Source: Heptranchias perlo (Eukaryota). Taken from it: a stretch of 64,000 bases of DNA. Where the stretch lies: contig NW_027139436.1 of NCBI RefSeq assembly GCF_035084215.1, positions 1-64,000 of the forward strand, given 5' to 3'. The notes below the pieces were generated by a model that did not search any database, had not been told where the DNA came from, and worked only from the letters and a program-made list of their open reading frames with translations. The translations under genes were made by a program, and so were the position numbers. Each line of letters begins with the position of its first letter. Position 1 is the stretch's first letter. Positions 48,241-61,200 of this stretch are shown here, one piece after another.

Positions 48241-48619
48241 GAATGAATGAGGTTTGATTTTTTATTCTCAAATTTTACATTATTTCTGAAAATTTACGGA
48301 TACAGAGAGAGAGAGAGGGAGAGAATTCGAGTGAGAGAGAGAGGCAGCAGGAGAGAGAGAGCGAGAGTGAGTGAGAGCGAGAAGCGGACAGTGAGGACGA
48401 CAGAGTGAAAAAGACTAGAGAGTGAGAAAGACAGAGGGAGTGAGAGAGAGAGAGAATGAACGAGACAGAGTGAGAGAGACAGAGAGAGTGAGAGAGACAG
48501 AGGGAGTGAGAGATTTTATTTATAAAATCCCCTTCACATCCTCGAGGTGTCGGAAATCTCCTCACTGTCAATGAGCAACTAACTGTTTCACCGAATCCCG
48601 GCCCTTTCTCTGTCTGTCC

Positions 48620-49630
48620 CACACTAATCCCACTGCCCCACCTGCTCCCCATAGCCCCGTATCAATCCGGAGCTAATCCCACTGCCCCACCCTCTCCCCA
48701 GAGCCCTGTGTCAATCTCACACTAATCCCACTGCCCCACTCTCTCCCCATAGTCCAGTATCAATCTCACACTAATCCCACTGCCCCACTCTCTCCCCATA
48801 CTCCTGTATCAATCTCACACTAATCCCACTGCCCCACTCTCTCCCCATACTCCTGTATCAATCTCACACTAATCCCACTGCCCCACCTGCTCCCCATAGC
48901 CCCGTATCAATCCGGAGCTAATCCCACTGCCCCACCCTCTCCCCAGAGCCCTGTGTCAATCTCACACTAATCCCACTGCCCCACTCTCTCCCCATAGTCC
49001 TGTATCAATCTCACACTAATCCCACTGCCCCACTCTCTCCCCAGAGCCCTGTGTCAATCTCACACTAATCCCACTGCCCCACTCTCTCCCCATACTCCTG
49101 TATCAATCTCACACTAATCCCACTGCCCCACTCTCTCCCCATAGTCCAGTATCAATCTCACACTAATCCCACTGCCCCACTCTCTCCCCATAGTCCAGTA
49201 TCAATCTCACACTAATCCCACTGCCCCACCCTCTCCCCAGAGCCCTGTGTCAATCTCACACTAATCCCACTCCCCCACTCTCTCCCCATACTCCTGTATC
49301 AATCTCACACTAATCCCACTGCCCCACCCTCTCCCCAGAGCCCTCTGTCAATATCACACTAATCCCACTGCCCCACTCTCTCCCCATACTCCTGTATCAA
49401 TCTCACACTAATCCCACTGCCCCACTCTCTCCCCATAGTCCTGTATCAATATCACACTAATCCCACTGCCCCACAATCTCCCCATCGTCCTGTATCAATC
49501 TCACACTAATCCCACTGCCCCATTCTCTCCCCATACTCCTGTATCAATCCCAGACTAATCCCACTGCCCCACAATCTCCCCATCGTCCCGTATCAATATC
49601 ACACTAATCCCACTGCCCCACTCTCTCTCC
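48620..49630 (-). repeat. 49-bp minisatellite (inverse of 4285-4780)
   Basis: CACACTAATCCCACTGCCCCACTCTCTCCCCATAGTCCTGTATCAATCT, about 20 copies. Confidence 0.95.
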
Positions 49631-52600
49631 AGTCCTCAAGTTGCAGTCTTCCCAGTGCATGGACCCAGTCCTCAAGGTGCAGTCTTCCCAGTGCATGGAC
49701 CCAGTCCTCAAGATGCAGTCTGACCAGAACTGGACCCAGTCCTCAAGGTGCAGTCTGACCAGAACTGGACCCAGTCCTCAAGGTGCATTCCCACCAAAAC
49801 TGGACCAGGTCCTCAAGATGTAGTCCGACCAGAAGTGGACCCAGTCCTCAAGGTGCAGTCTGACTAGAACTGGACCCAATCCTCAAGGTGCAGTCTGACC
49901 ATAACTGGACCCAGTCCTCAAGGTGCACTCCGACCAGAACTGGACCCAGTCCTCAAGGTGCAGTCTGACCAGAACTGGACCCAGTCCTCAAGGTGCAGTC
50001 TGACCAGAACTGGACCCAGTCCTCAAGGTGCAGTCTGACCAGAACTGGACCCAGTCCTCAAGGTGCAGTCCGACCAGAACTGGACCCAGTCCTCAAGGTG
50101 CAGTCTGACCAGAACTGGACCCAGTCCTCAAGGTGCAGTCTGACCAGAAGTGGACCCAGTCCTCAAGGTGCAGTCTGACCAGATATGGACCCTGTCCTCA
50201 AGGTGCAGTCTGACTCGAACTGGACCCAGTCCTCAAGGTGCAGTCTGACCAGAACTGCACCCCGTCCTCAAGGTGCAGTCCGACCAGAACTGGACCCAGT
50301 CCTCAAGGTGCAGTCTGACCAGAACTGGACCCAGTCCTCAAGGTGCAGTCTGACCAGAACTGGACCCTGTCCTCAAGGTGCAGTCTGACCATAACTGGAC
50401 CCAGTCCTCAAGGTGCAGTCCGACCAGAACTGGACCCAGTCCTCAAGGTGCAGTCTGACCAGAACTGGACCCAGTCCTCAAGGTGCAGTCCGACCAGAAG
50501 TGGACCCAGTCCTCAAGGTGCAGTCTGACCAGAAGTGGATCAAGTCCTCAAGGTGCAGTCTGACCAGATATGGACCCTGTCCTCAAGGTGCAGTCTGACC
50601 AGAACTGGACCCAGTCCTCAAGGTGCAGTCTGACCAGAACTGGACCCAGTCCTCAAGGTGCAGTCCGACCAGAAGTGGACCCAGTCCTCAAGGTGCAGTC
50701 CGACCAGAACTGGACCCAGTCCTCAAGGTGCAGTCTGACCAGAACTGGACCCAGTCCTCAAGGTGCAGTCCGACCAGAAGTGGACCCAGTCCTCAAGGTG
50801 CAGTCTGACCAGAACTGGACCCAGTCCTCAAGGTGCATTCCCACCAAAACTGGACCAGGTCCTCAAGATGTAGTCCGACCAGAAGTGGACCCAGTCCTCA
50901 AGGTGCAGTCTGACTAGAACTGGACCCAATCCTCAAGGTGCAGTCTGACCATAACTGGACCCAGTCCTCAAGGTGCACTCCGACCAGAACTGGACCCAGT
51001 CCTCAAGGTGCAGTCTGACCAGAACTGGACCCAGTCCTCAAGGTGCAGTCTGACCAGAACTGGACCCAGTCCTCAAGGTGCAGTCCGACCAGAACTGGAC
51101 CCAGTCCTCAAGGTGCAGTCTGACCAGAACTGGACCCAGTCCTCAAGGTGCAGTCTGACCAGAAGTGGACCCAGTCCTCAAGGTGCAGTCTGACCAGATA
51201 TGGACCCTGTCCTCAAGGTGCAGTCTGACTCGAACTGGACCCAGTCCTCAAGGTGCAGTCTGACCAGAACTGCACCCCGTCCTCAAGGTGCAGTCCGACC
51301 AGAACTGGACCCAGTCCTCAAGGTGCAGTCTGACCAGAACTGGACCCAGTCCTCAAGGTGCAGTCTGACCAGAACTGGACCCTGTCCTCAAGGTGCAGTC
51401 TGACCATAACTGGACCCAGTCCTCAAGGTGCAGTCCGACCAGAACTGGACCCAGTCCTCAAGGTGCAGTCTGACCAGAACTGGACCCAGTCCTCAAGGTG
51501 CAGTCCGACCAGAAGTGGACCCAGTCCTCAAGGTGCAGTCTGACCAGAAGTGGATCAAGTCCTCAAGGTGCAGTCTGACCAGATATGGACCCTGTCCTCA
51601 AGGTGCAGTCTGACCAGAACTGGACCCAGTCCTCAAGGTGCAGTCTGACCAGAACTGGACCCAGTCCTCAAGGTGCAGTCCGACCAGAAGTGGACCCAGT
51701 CCTCAAGGTGCAGTCCGACCAGAACTGGACCCAGTCCTCAAGGTGCAGTCTGACCAGAACTGGACCCAGTCCTCAAGGTGCAGTCCGACCAGAAGTGGAC
51801 CCAGTCCTCAAGGTGCAGTCTGACCAGAACTGGACCCAGTCCTCAAGGTGCAGTCTGACCAGAAGTGGACCCAGTCCTCAAGGTGCAGTCTGACCAGATA
51901 TGGACCCTGTCCTCAAGGTGCAGTCTGACTCGAACTGGACCCAGTCCTCAAGGTGCAGTCTGACCAGAACTGGACCCAGTCCTCAAGGTGCAGTCTGACC
52001 AGAACTGCACCCCGTCCTCAAGGTGCAGTCCGACCAGAACTGGACCCAGTCCTCAAGGCGCAGTCTGACCAGAACTGGACCCACTGCTCAAGGTGCAGTC
52101 AGACCCGAACTGGACCCAGTCCTCAAGGTGCAGTCTGACCAGAACTGGACCCAGTCCTCAAGGTGCAGTCCGACCAGAAGTGGACCCAGTCCTCAAGGTG
52201 CAGTCTGACCAGAATTGGACCCAGTCCTCAAGGTGCAGTCAGACCCGAACTGGACCCAGTCCTCAAGGTGCAGTCTGACCAGAACTGGACCCAGTCCTCA
52301 AGGTGCAGTCTGACCAGATATGGACCCTGTCCTCAAGGTGCAGTCTGACCAGAACTGGACCCAGTCCTCAAGGTGCAGTCTGACCAGAACTGGACCCAGT
52401 CCTCAAGGTGCAGTCCGACCAGAAGTGGACCCAGTCCTCAAGGTGCAGTCTGACCAGAAGTGGATCAAGTCCTCAAGGTGCAGTCTGACCAGATATGGAC
52501 CCTGTCCTCAAGGTGCAGTCTGACTCGAACTGGACCCAGTCCTCAAGGTGCAGTCTGACCAGAACTGCACCCCGTCCTCAAGGTGCAGTCCGACCAGAAC

Positions 52601-52970
52601 TGGACCCAGTCCTCAAGGTGCAGTCTGACCAGAACTGCACCCCGTCCTCAAGGTGCAGTCCGACCAGAACTGGACCCAGTCCTCAAGGTGCAGTCTGACC
52701 AGAACTGGACCCACTGCTCAAGGTGCAGTCAGACCCGAACTGGACCCAGTCCTCAAGGTGCAGTCTGACCAGAACTGGACCCAGTCCTCAAGGTGCAGTC
52801 CGACCAGAAGTGGACCCAGTCCTCAAGGTGCAGTCTGACCAGAACTGGACCCAGTCCTCAAGGTGCAGTCAGACCCGAACTGGACCCAGTCCTCAAGGTG
52901 CAGTCTGACCAGAACTGGACCCAGTCCTCAAGGTGCAGTCTGACCAGAACTGGACCCAGTCCTCAAGGTG
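49630..52970 (+). repeat. 35-bp satellite with higher-order structure
   Basis: GACCAGAACTGGACCCAGTCCTCAAGGTGCAGTCT, about 95 copies; variant patterns recur at a 1015-bp (29-unit) offset. Confidence 0.95.
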
Positions 52971-54477
52971 TAGAATGAATGAGGTTGATTTTTCTCCCAA
53001 ATTTTACTTTATTTCATAAATTTTTTTGGATACCCACAGACAGAGAGAGAATTTGAGTGAGAGATGCAGCAGGAGAGAGAGCGAGAGTGAGAGAGATACA
53101 GAAGCAGACAGTGAGGGGGACAGAATGAAAATGATAGAGAGAGTGAGAGAGACAGAGGGAATGAGAGAATGAGAGAGAGTGTGAGAGACGGAGAGAGACC
53201 GAGAGACAGAGAGGGTGAGAAAGAGACTAAGAGAGATTGGGAAACAGAGAGAGTGAGACAAAGATACAAAGAGAGAGTGTGAGAGATTGTGAGAGTGAGA
53301 GAGACAGAGAGAGTGAGAGAAAGAGACAAACGTCGGCAGACAGAGGGAGAGACAGTACGATATTTATAAAATCCCCTTCACATTCTCTCGATGTCGGAAA
53401 GCTCCTCACTGTCAATGAGTTACGAACTGTTTAACCCATTCCCTGGCCTTCCTCTGTCCGCCTCTTTTCGAGGCAGACAGACCCAGTTGAAGAGCTCCCA
53501 CTGGCTCAGGCCCCTCTGTCGCAGGGGGCTCCTCCTGTGCTGTCATTTCACTGACACCCCCAGCAGCCCCTCGACATCTGGTGCTATTACACCGACACCC
53601 AGTGGCCCACGGTTATTATCACAAGGAACCAGCTGCCTTTAGTGTGGCTTCTGCAGTATGTAAGAATATTTACAGGGAGATCCAGAGACTGGCCCAATAT
53701 TTCCAGGAGGACCCATAGACTTGCCAATATTGACCGGGGTATCCAGAGATTGCCCCAATATTCACAGGGTGGTCTCCACACTGACTTGTAAAATGGTTCA
53801 GTTTCCATCTCTGATCGTAAACCCAACCCTTGAGAAGTGGGGAGAAACTCTCTGAAATTAAAGGATTTCACTCAGAAATAATCTGTAGCGTACCTGTTAT
53901 CAATAATCTGTATTGAGTGGAATGCAATGAGGCACCCTCGAGTGTCATGAACTGTAATTATGTCCAATGTCTTCATTGAACTGTACTTGATGTAACCTGT
54001 AAATTGTATGATCTGTATTGTGTACGTTTGGAATGTGATATGACAACTGTATTGTATGCATTGCAGCAAATTTTATGAATGAAGTATTTTTTTTGAACAA
54101 AAAAATCTGCAGTCTGTAAATGAAACTGTTCTCCCTTCACATCAGTGCTGTCAGACTGAGGGTCTCATAGTTTCTGCTCTTCCAAATATTTATTAAAATA
54201 ATACACTGGGCTTTGGGCTTTCAATCTGTGTAATATTTGGTTAAATATATGTTGTGATATAAAAAGTGTGGGGTTTAAAGTTGTTCAAACTGAATCTGTT
54301 TGTTCAGTGACTGTAATTAATGTCAGTCTCCATGGGCCCTAATTGTGTCACTGGAGTGTTTCTCTCTGCTAGAAATAAGCGACTCCTTTCACCGTGTTAT
54401 CACAGAGTGTCAGTGGGAGCATCACCTCCGGCACTAACAGGGATCAGAGAGAGGGAAAGAATAGATCGGGATCGGCA

Positions 54478-54766
54478 ATGGATCAGAATCTGGGAAGGAT
54501 AGATTGGAATGTTACAACACTGGGTCGTAATCTGGGAAGGATAGATTGTAATGTTACAACACTGGGTCGTAATCTGGGAAGGATAGATTGTAATGTTACA
54601 ACACTGGGTCGTAACCTGGGAAGGATAGTTCACCGCAGTCCATTCTGGATGATTCAATATCTGTTTGAAGATTATGATTCAATACCATTAAGCAATCGGA
54701 TAAGTTATGTGCTTATGGGGATACAAGTAATTTACTATCCCCTCCTCGCTGCTGTCGGTGTCACTG
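54478..54766 (+). CDS. First coding exon of a GPR139/GPR142-like class A GPCR (remainder not in window)
   Basis: GCAATGG start. N-terminus with N-V-T sequons, then ...IQVIYYPLLAAVGVT G|GTAAG, matching the start of TM1 (IYY..L..xG.P|xN) and the phase-1 intron seen in this receptor group. Confidence 0.7.
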
Positions 54767-55180
54767 GTAAGCCTCAAAACCCAGTTATTAATTCTATAAA
54801 GCATATTTCAATTGATTATTATTCTTGTCATTTAAAAGTCCCACACTTGCCTCTGTTGGAGATCCTGGTAAGTCTCTATTTCCAGTTATTAATTCTAGAA
54901 AGCATATTTCAATGGATTATTATTCTTGTCATTTAAAAGTCCCACACTTGCCTCTGTTGGAGATCCTGGGAAGTCTCAATCTCCAGTTATTAATTCTATA
55001 AACCATATTTCACTGTATTATTATTCTTGTTATTTTAAGGTCCCACACTTGCCTCTATTGGAGATCCTGGGAAGTCTCCATATCCAGTTATTAATTCTAT
55101 AAACCATATTTCAGTGTATTACTGCCCTGGTCATTTCCTGACCCACACTCGCTGCTGTTCGAGTTGATTGTAAGTCTCTA
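54767..55180 (+). repeat. ~101-bp tandem repeat spanning a copy of the GPCR exon 1 end and donor
   Basis: About 4 units containing CCAGTTATTAATTCTA.AA..CATATTTCA and CCCACACTTGCCTCTGTTGGAGATCCTGGTAAG. Confidence 0.8.
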
Positions 55181-55289
55181 TATTCAGCTTAAAAATTAGA
55201 GGGGATCCCCGGGATGGGAGATAAAATTATAGGGGGACCGGGGATGGTAAAAATATGTTCATGGGAATCATCAGTTTGTGAGATTTAAG

Positions 55290-58200
55290 ATTTAGAGGAG
55301 TTCCAGAGAAGGTACTAATGTTCACAGAGAGATCTAGAGATTGTACTCATATTTAAAAGGGATCCAGAGATTGTAATAATATTTACAGGTAATCCAGAGA
55401 TTGTACTAATATTTACAGGGGATCCAGAGATTGTACTAATATTTAAAGGTGATCCAGAGACTGCACTAATATTTACAGGGGATCCAGAGATTGTACTAAT
55501 ATTTACAGGGGATCCAGAGATTGTCCTAATATTTACAGGTGATCCAGAGACTGCACTAATATTTACAGGAGATCCAGAGATTGTACTAATATTTACAGGT
55601 GATCCAGAGACTGCACTAATATTTACAGGGGATCCAGAGATTGTACTAATATTTACAGGGGATCCAGAAATTGTACTAATATTTACAGGTGATCCAGAGA
55701 TTGTACGAATAGTTACAGGGGATCCAGAGATTGTACTAATATTTACAGGGGATCCAGAGATTGTATTAATATTTACAGAGTATCGACAGAGTGTACTAAT
55801 ATTTACAGGGGATCCAGAGATTGTACCAATATTTACAGGGGATCCAGAGACTGTACTAATATTTACAGGAGATCCAGAGATTACACCAATATTTACAGAG
55901 GATCCAGAGATTGTACTAATATTTACAGGGGAGCCAGAGATTGCATTAATATTTACAGGGGATGCAGTGATTGTACCAATATTTACAGTGGATCCAGAGA
56001 TTGTACTAATATTTACAGGGGAGCCAGAGATAGCATTAATATTTACAGGGGATGCAGTGATTGTACCAATATTTACAGTGGATCCAGAGATTGTACTAAT
56101 ATTAATAGGGGTTCCAGAGAATGTAGTAATATTTACAGGGGATCCAGAGATTGTACTAATATTTACAGGGGATCCAGAGATTGTACTAATATTTACAGTG
56201 GATCCAGAGATTGTACAGATATTAACCGGTGATGTTGAGATTCTTCTAACATTTACAGGGGATTCAGAAATTGTACGAATATTTATGGGGGAGCCAGAGA
56301 TTGCACGAATATTTACAGGTGATCCAGAGATTGTACTAATATTGACAGGGGTTACAGAGATTGTACTAATATTTACAGGGGTTCCAGAGATTGTACTAAT
56401 ATTAATAGCTGATTCAGAGATTGTACTAATATTTACAGGGGATCCAGAGATTGTACGAATATTTACAGGGGATCCAGAGATTATACTAATATTTACAGGG
56501 GATCCAGAGATTGTATTAATATTTACAGGGGTTCCAGAGATTGTACTAATATTAATAGCTGATTCAGAGATTGTACTAATATTTACAGGGGTTCCAGAGA
56601 TTGTACTAATATTAATAGCTGATTCAGAGATTGTACTAATATTTACAGGGGATCCAGAGATTGTACTAATATTTACAGGGGATCCAGAGATTGTACTAAT
56701 ATTTACAGGAGATCCAGAGATTGTACGAATATTTATAGGGGATCCAGAGATTGTACTAATATTTACAGGGGATCCAGAGATTGTACTAATATTTACAGGT
56801 GATCCAGAGATTGTACGAATAGTTGCAGGGGATCCAGAGATTGTACTAATATTTACAGGGGATCCAAAGAATGTACTAATATTTACAGGGGATCCAGAGA
56901 TTACACTAATATTTACAGAGGATCCAGAGATTGTACTAATATTTACAGGGGAGCCAGAGATTGCATTAATATTTACAGGGGATGCAGTGATTGTACTAAT
57001 ATTAATAGGGATCCAGAGAATGTACTAATATTTACAGGGGATCCAGAGATTGTACTAATATTTACAGTGGATCCAGAGATTGTACTAATATTAATAGGGA
57101 TCCAGAGAATGTACTAATATTTACAGGGGATCCAGAGATTGTACTAATATTAATAGGGATCCAGAGATTGTACTAATATTTACAGTGGATCCAGAGATTG
57201 TACTAATATTTACAGGGGATCCAGAGAATGTACTAATATTTACAGGGGATCCAGAGATTGTACAGATATTAACCGGTGATGTTGAGATTCTTCTAACATT
57301 TACAGGGGATCCAGAGATTGTACTAATATTGACAGGGGTTACAGAGATTGTACGAATAGTAATAGCTGATTCAGAGATTGTACTAATATTTACAGGGGAT
57401 CCAGAGATTGCACTAATATTTAAAGGTGACCCAGAGATTGTACTAATATTGACAGGGAATCCCGAGATTGTACTAATATTTACAGGAGATCCAGAGATTG
57501 TACGAATAAATACAGGGGATCCAGAGATTGTACTAATTTTTAGAGGTGACCCAGAGATTGTACAAATATTTACAGAGAGGTCCAGTGATTGTACTGATAT
57601 TTAGAGGGGATCCAGAGATTGTACTAATATTTACAGGGGAGCCAGAGATTGTACGAATATTTACAGGGGATCCAGAGATTGTACTAATATTAACAGGTGA
57701 TCCAGAGATTGTATTAATATTTACAGGGGATCTAGTGATTGTACTAATATTTACAGAGAGTTCCAGAGATTGTATTAATATTTACTGGGGTTCCAGAGAT
57801 TGTACTAATATTGACAGGGGATCCAGAGATTGTACGAATATTTACAGAGGATCCAGAGATTGTACTAATATTTACAGGGGATCCAGAGATTGCATTAATA
57901 TTTACAGGGGATCTAGTGATTGTACTAATATTTACCGAGAGTTCCAGAGATTGTATTAATATTTACTGGGGTTCCAGAGATTGTACTAATATTGACAGGG
58001 GATCCAGAGATTGTACAAATATTTACAGAGGATGCAGAGATTGTTCTAATATTGGCAGGGGATCCAGAGATTGTACTAATATTTAGAGGGGAGCCAGAGA
58101 TTGCATAAAAATTTTCAGGCGATCCAGAGATTGTACCAATATTTACAGAGGATCCAGAGATTGTACTAATATTTACAGGAGATCCAGAGATTGCACTTAT

Positions 58201-61200
58201 AATTACAGTGGATCCAGAGATTATACTAATATTTAAAGAGGATCCAGAGATTATACTTATTTTGACAGGGGATCCAGAGATTGTACGAATATTACAGGGG
58301 ATCCAGAGATTGCACTAATATTTACAGAGGATCCAGAGATTGTACTAATATTTACAGAGGATCCAGAGATTGTACTAATATTAACAGGGGATCCAGAGAT
58401 TGTATTAACGTTCACAGGGGATCCAGAGATTGTACTAATATTTACAGGGGATCCAGAGATTGTACTAATATTTACAGGGGATCCAGAGATTGCATTAATA
58501 TTTTCAGGGGATCCAGAGATTGTACTAATATTTACAGGGGATCCAGAGATTGTACTAATAATTACAGGGGATCCAGAGATTCTACTAATATTGACAGGGG
58601 ATCCAGAGATTGTACTAATATTTACAGAGGATCTAGAGATTGTACTAATATTGACAGGGGATCCAGAGATTATACTAATATTCACAGAGGATCTAGAGAT
58701 TGTACTAATTATGACAGGGGATCCAGAGATTACACTAATATTTACAGAGGATCCAGAGATTGTACCAATATTTACAGGGAAGCCAGAGATTGCAGTAATA
58801 TTTTCAGGGGATCCAGAGATTGTACTAATATTTACAGAGGATCCAGAGATTGTACCAATATTTCCAGGAGATCCAGAGATTGCACTAATATTTACAGAGG
58901 ATCCACAGATTATACTAATATTTACAGAGGATCCAGAGCTTATACTAATTTTGACAGGGGATCCAGACATTGTACGAATATTACAGGGGATCCAGAGATT
59001 GGACTAATATTTACAGGGGATCCAGAGATTTTACAAATATTAACAGGGGATCCAGAGATTGTGCTAATATTTACAGGGGTTCCAGAGATTGTACTGATAT
59101 TTACAGAGGATCCAGAGATTGTACTAATATTAACAGGGGATCCAGAGATTGTACTAATATTTCCAGGGGATCCAGAGATTGTACTAATATTTAAGGAGGA
59201 TCCAGAGATTGCATTAATATTTTAAGAGGTCCAGTGATTGTACTGATATTTAGAGGGGATCCAGAGATTGTACTAATATTTGCAGGTAATCCAGAGATTG
59301 TACTAATATTGACAGCGGATCCAGAGATTGTACTAATATTTGCAGGGGATCCAGAGATTGTGCCAATATTTACAGGGGATCCAGAGATTGTACTAATATT
59401 TACAGGGGATCCAGCGATTGTGCCAATATTTACAGGGGATCCAGAGATTGTAATAATATTTGCAGTGGATCCAGAGATTGTACCAATATTTACATGGGAG
59501 CTAGAGATTGCATTAATATTTTAAGAGGATCCAGAGATTGTACTGATATTTACAGGGGATCCAGAGATTGTAGTAATATTTGCAGGGGAGCCAGAGATTG
59601 CATTAATATTTTCTGGGGATCCCGATATTGTACTAATATTTACAGAGGATCCAGAGATTGTACTAATATTTACAGGGGATCCAGAGATTGTACCAATATT
59701 TACAGGGGATCCGGAGATTGTACCAATACTTAAAGGGGAGCCAGAGATTGCATTAATATTTTCAGGGGATCCAGAGATTGTACTAATATTTACAGAGGAT
59801 CCAGAGATTATACCAATTTTGACAGGGGATCCAGAGATTGTACTAATATTTACAGAGAGTTCCAGTGATTGTCCTAATATTTACTCAAGATCCAGAGATT
59901 GCACTAATATTTACAGTGGATCCAGAGATTGTACCAATATTTACAGTGGCTCCAGAGATTTTATTGATATTTACAGGGGATCCAGAGATTGTACCAATAT
60001 TTACAGTTGATCCAGAGATTGTACAAATATTAACAGGTGATCCAGAGATTGTACTAATATTTACAGTGGATCCAGAGATTTTATTGATATTTACAGGGGA
60101 TCCAGAAATTGTACTAATATTTACAGGAGATCCAGAGATTGCACTAATATTTACAGGGGATCCAGAGATTACACTAATATTTACAGTGGATCCAGAGATT
60201 ATACTAATTTTGACAGGGGATCCAGAGATTGTACGAATATTACAGGGGATCCAGAGTTTGTACTAAAATTTACAGAGGATCCAGAGATTGTACTAATATT
60301 TACAGGGGATCCAGAGATTGTATTAATAATTACAGCGGATCCAGAGATTGTACTAATATTTACAGGGGAGCCAGAGATTGCATTAATATTTTCAGGGGAT
60401 CCAGAGATTGTACTAATATTTCCAGGAGATCCAGAGATTGCACTAATATTTACAGAGGATCCACAGATTATACTAATATTTACAGAGGATCCAGAGCTTA
60501 TACTAATTTTGACAGAGGATCCAGACATTGTACGAATATGACAGGGGATCCAGAGATTGGACTAATATTTACAGGGGATCCAGAGATTTTACTAATATTA
60601 ACAGGGGATCCAGAGATTGTGCTAATATTTACAGGAGATCCAGAGATTGTACTAATATTTACAGTGGATCCAGACATTGTACTAATATTTACAGGAGATC
60701 CAGAGATTGTACGAATATTTACAGTGGATCCAGAGATTGCACTAATATTTACAGAGAGTTCCAGTGATTGTACTAATATTTACAGGTGATCCAGAGATTG
60801 TACTCATCTTTACAAGTGATCCAAAGATTGTACTAATATTTACAGGGGATCCAGTGATTGTACTAATATTTACAGGGGATCCAGAGAATGTACTAATATT
60901 TACAGGAGTTCCAGAGATTGTACTAATATTTACAGTGGATCCAGAAATTGTACTAATATTTACAGGGGATCCAGAGATTGTACTAATATTCACAGGGGAT
61001 CCAGAGATTGAATTAATATTTACAGGGTATCCAGTGATTCTACTAATATTCCAGGGGATCCAGAGAATGCACTAATATTTACAGGGGATCCAGAGATTGT
61101 ACTAATATTAATAGGGATCCAGAGATTGTACTAATATTTACAGTGGATCCAGAGATTGTACTAATATTTACAGGGGATCCAGAGAATGTACTAATATTTA

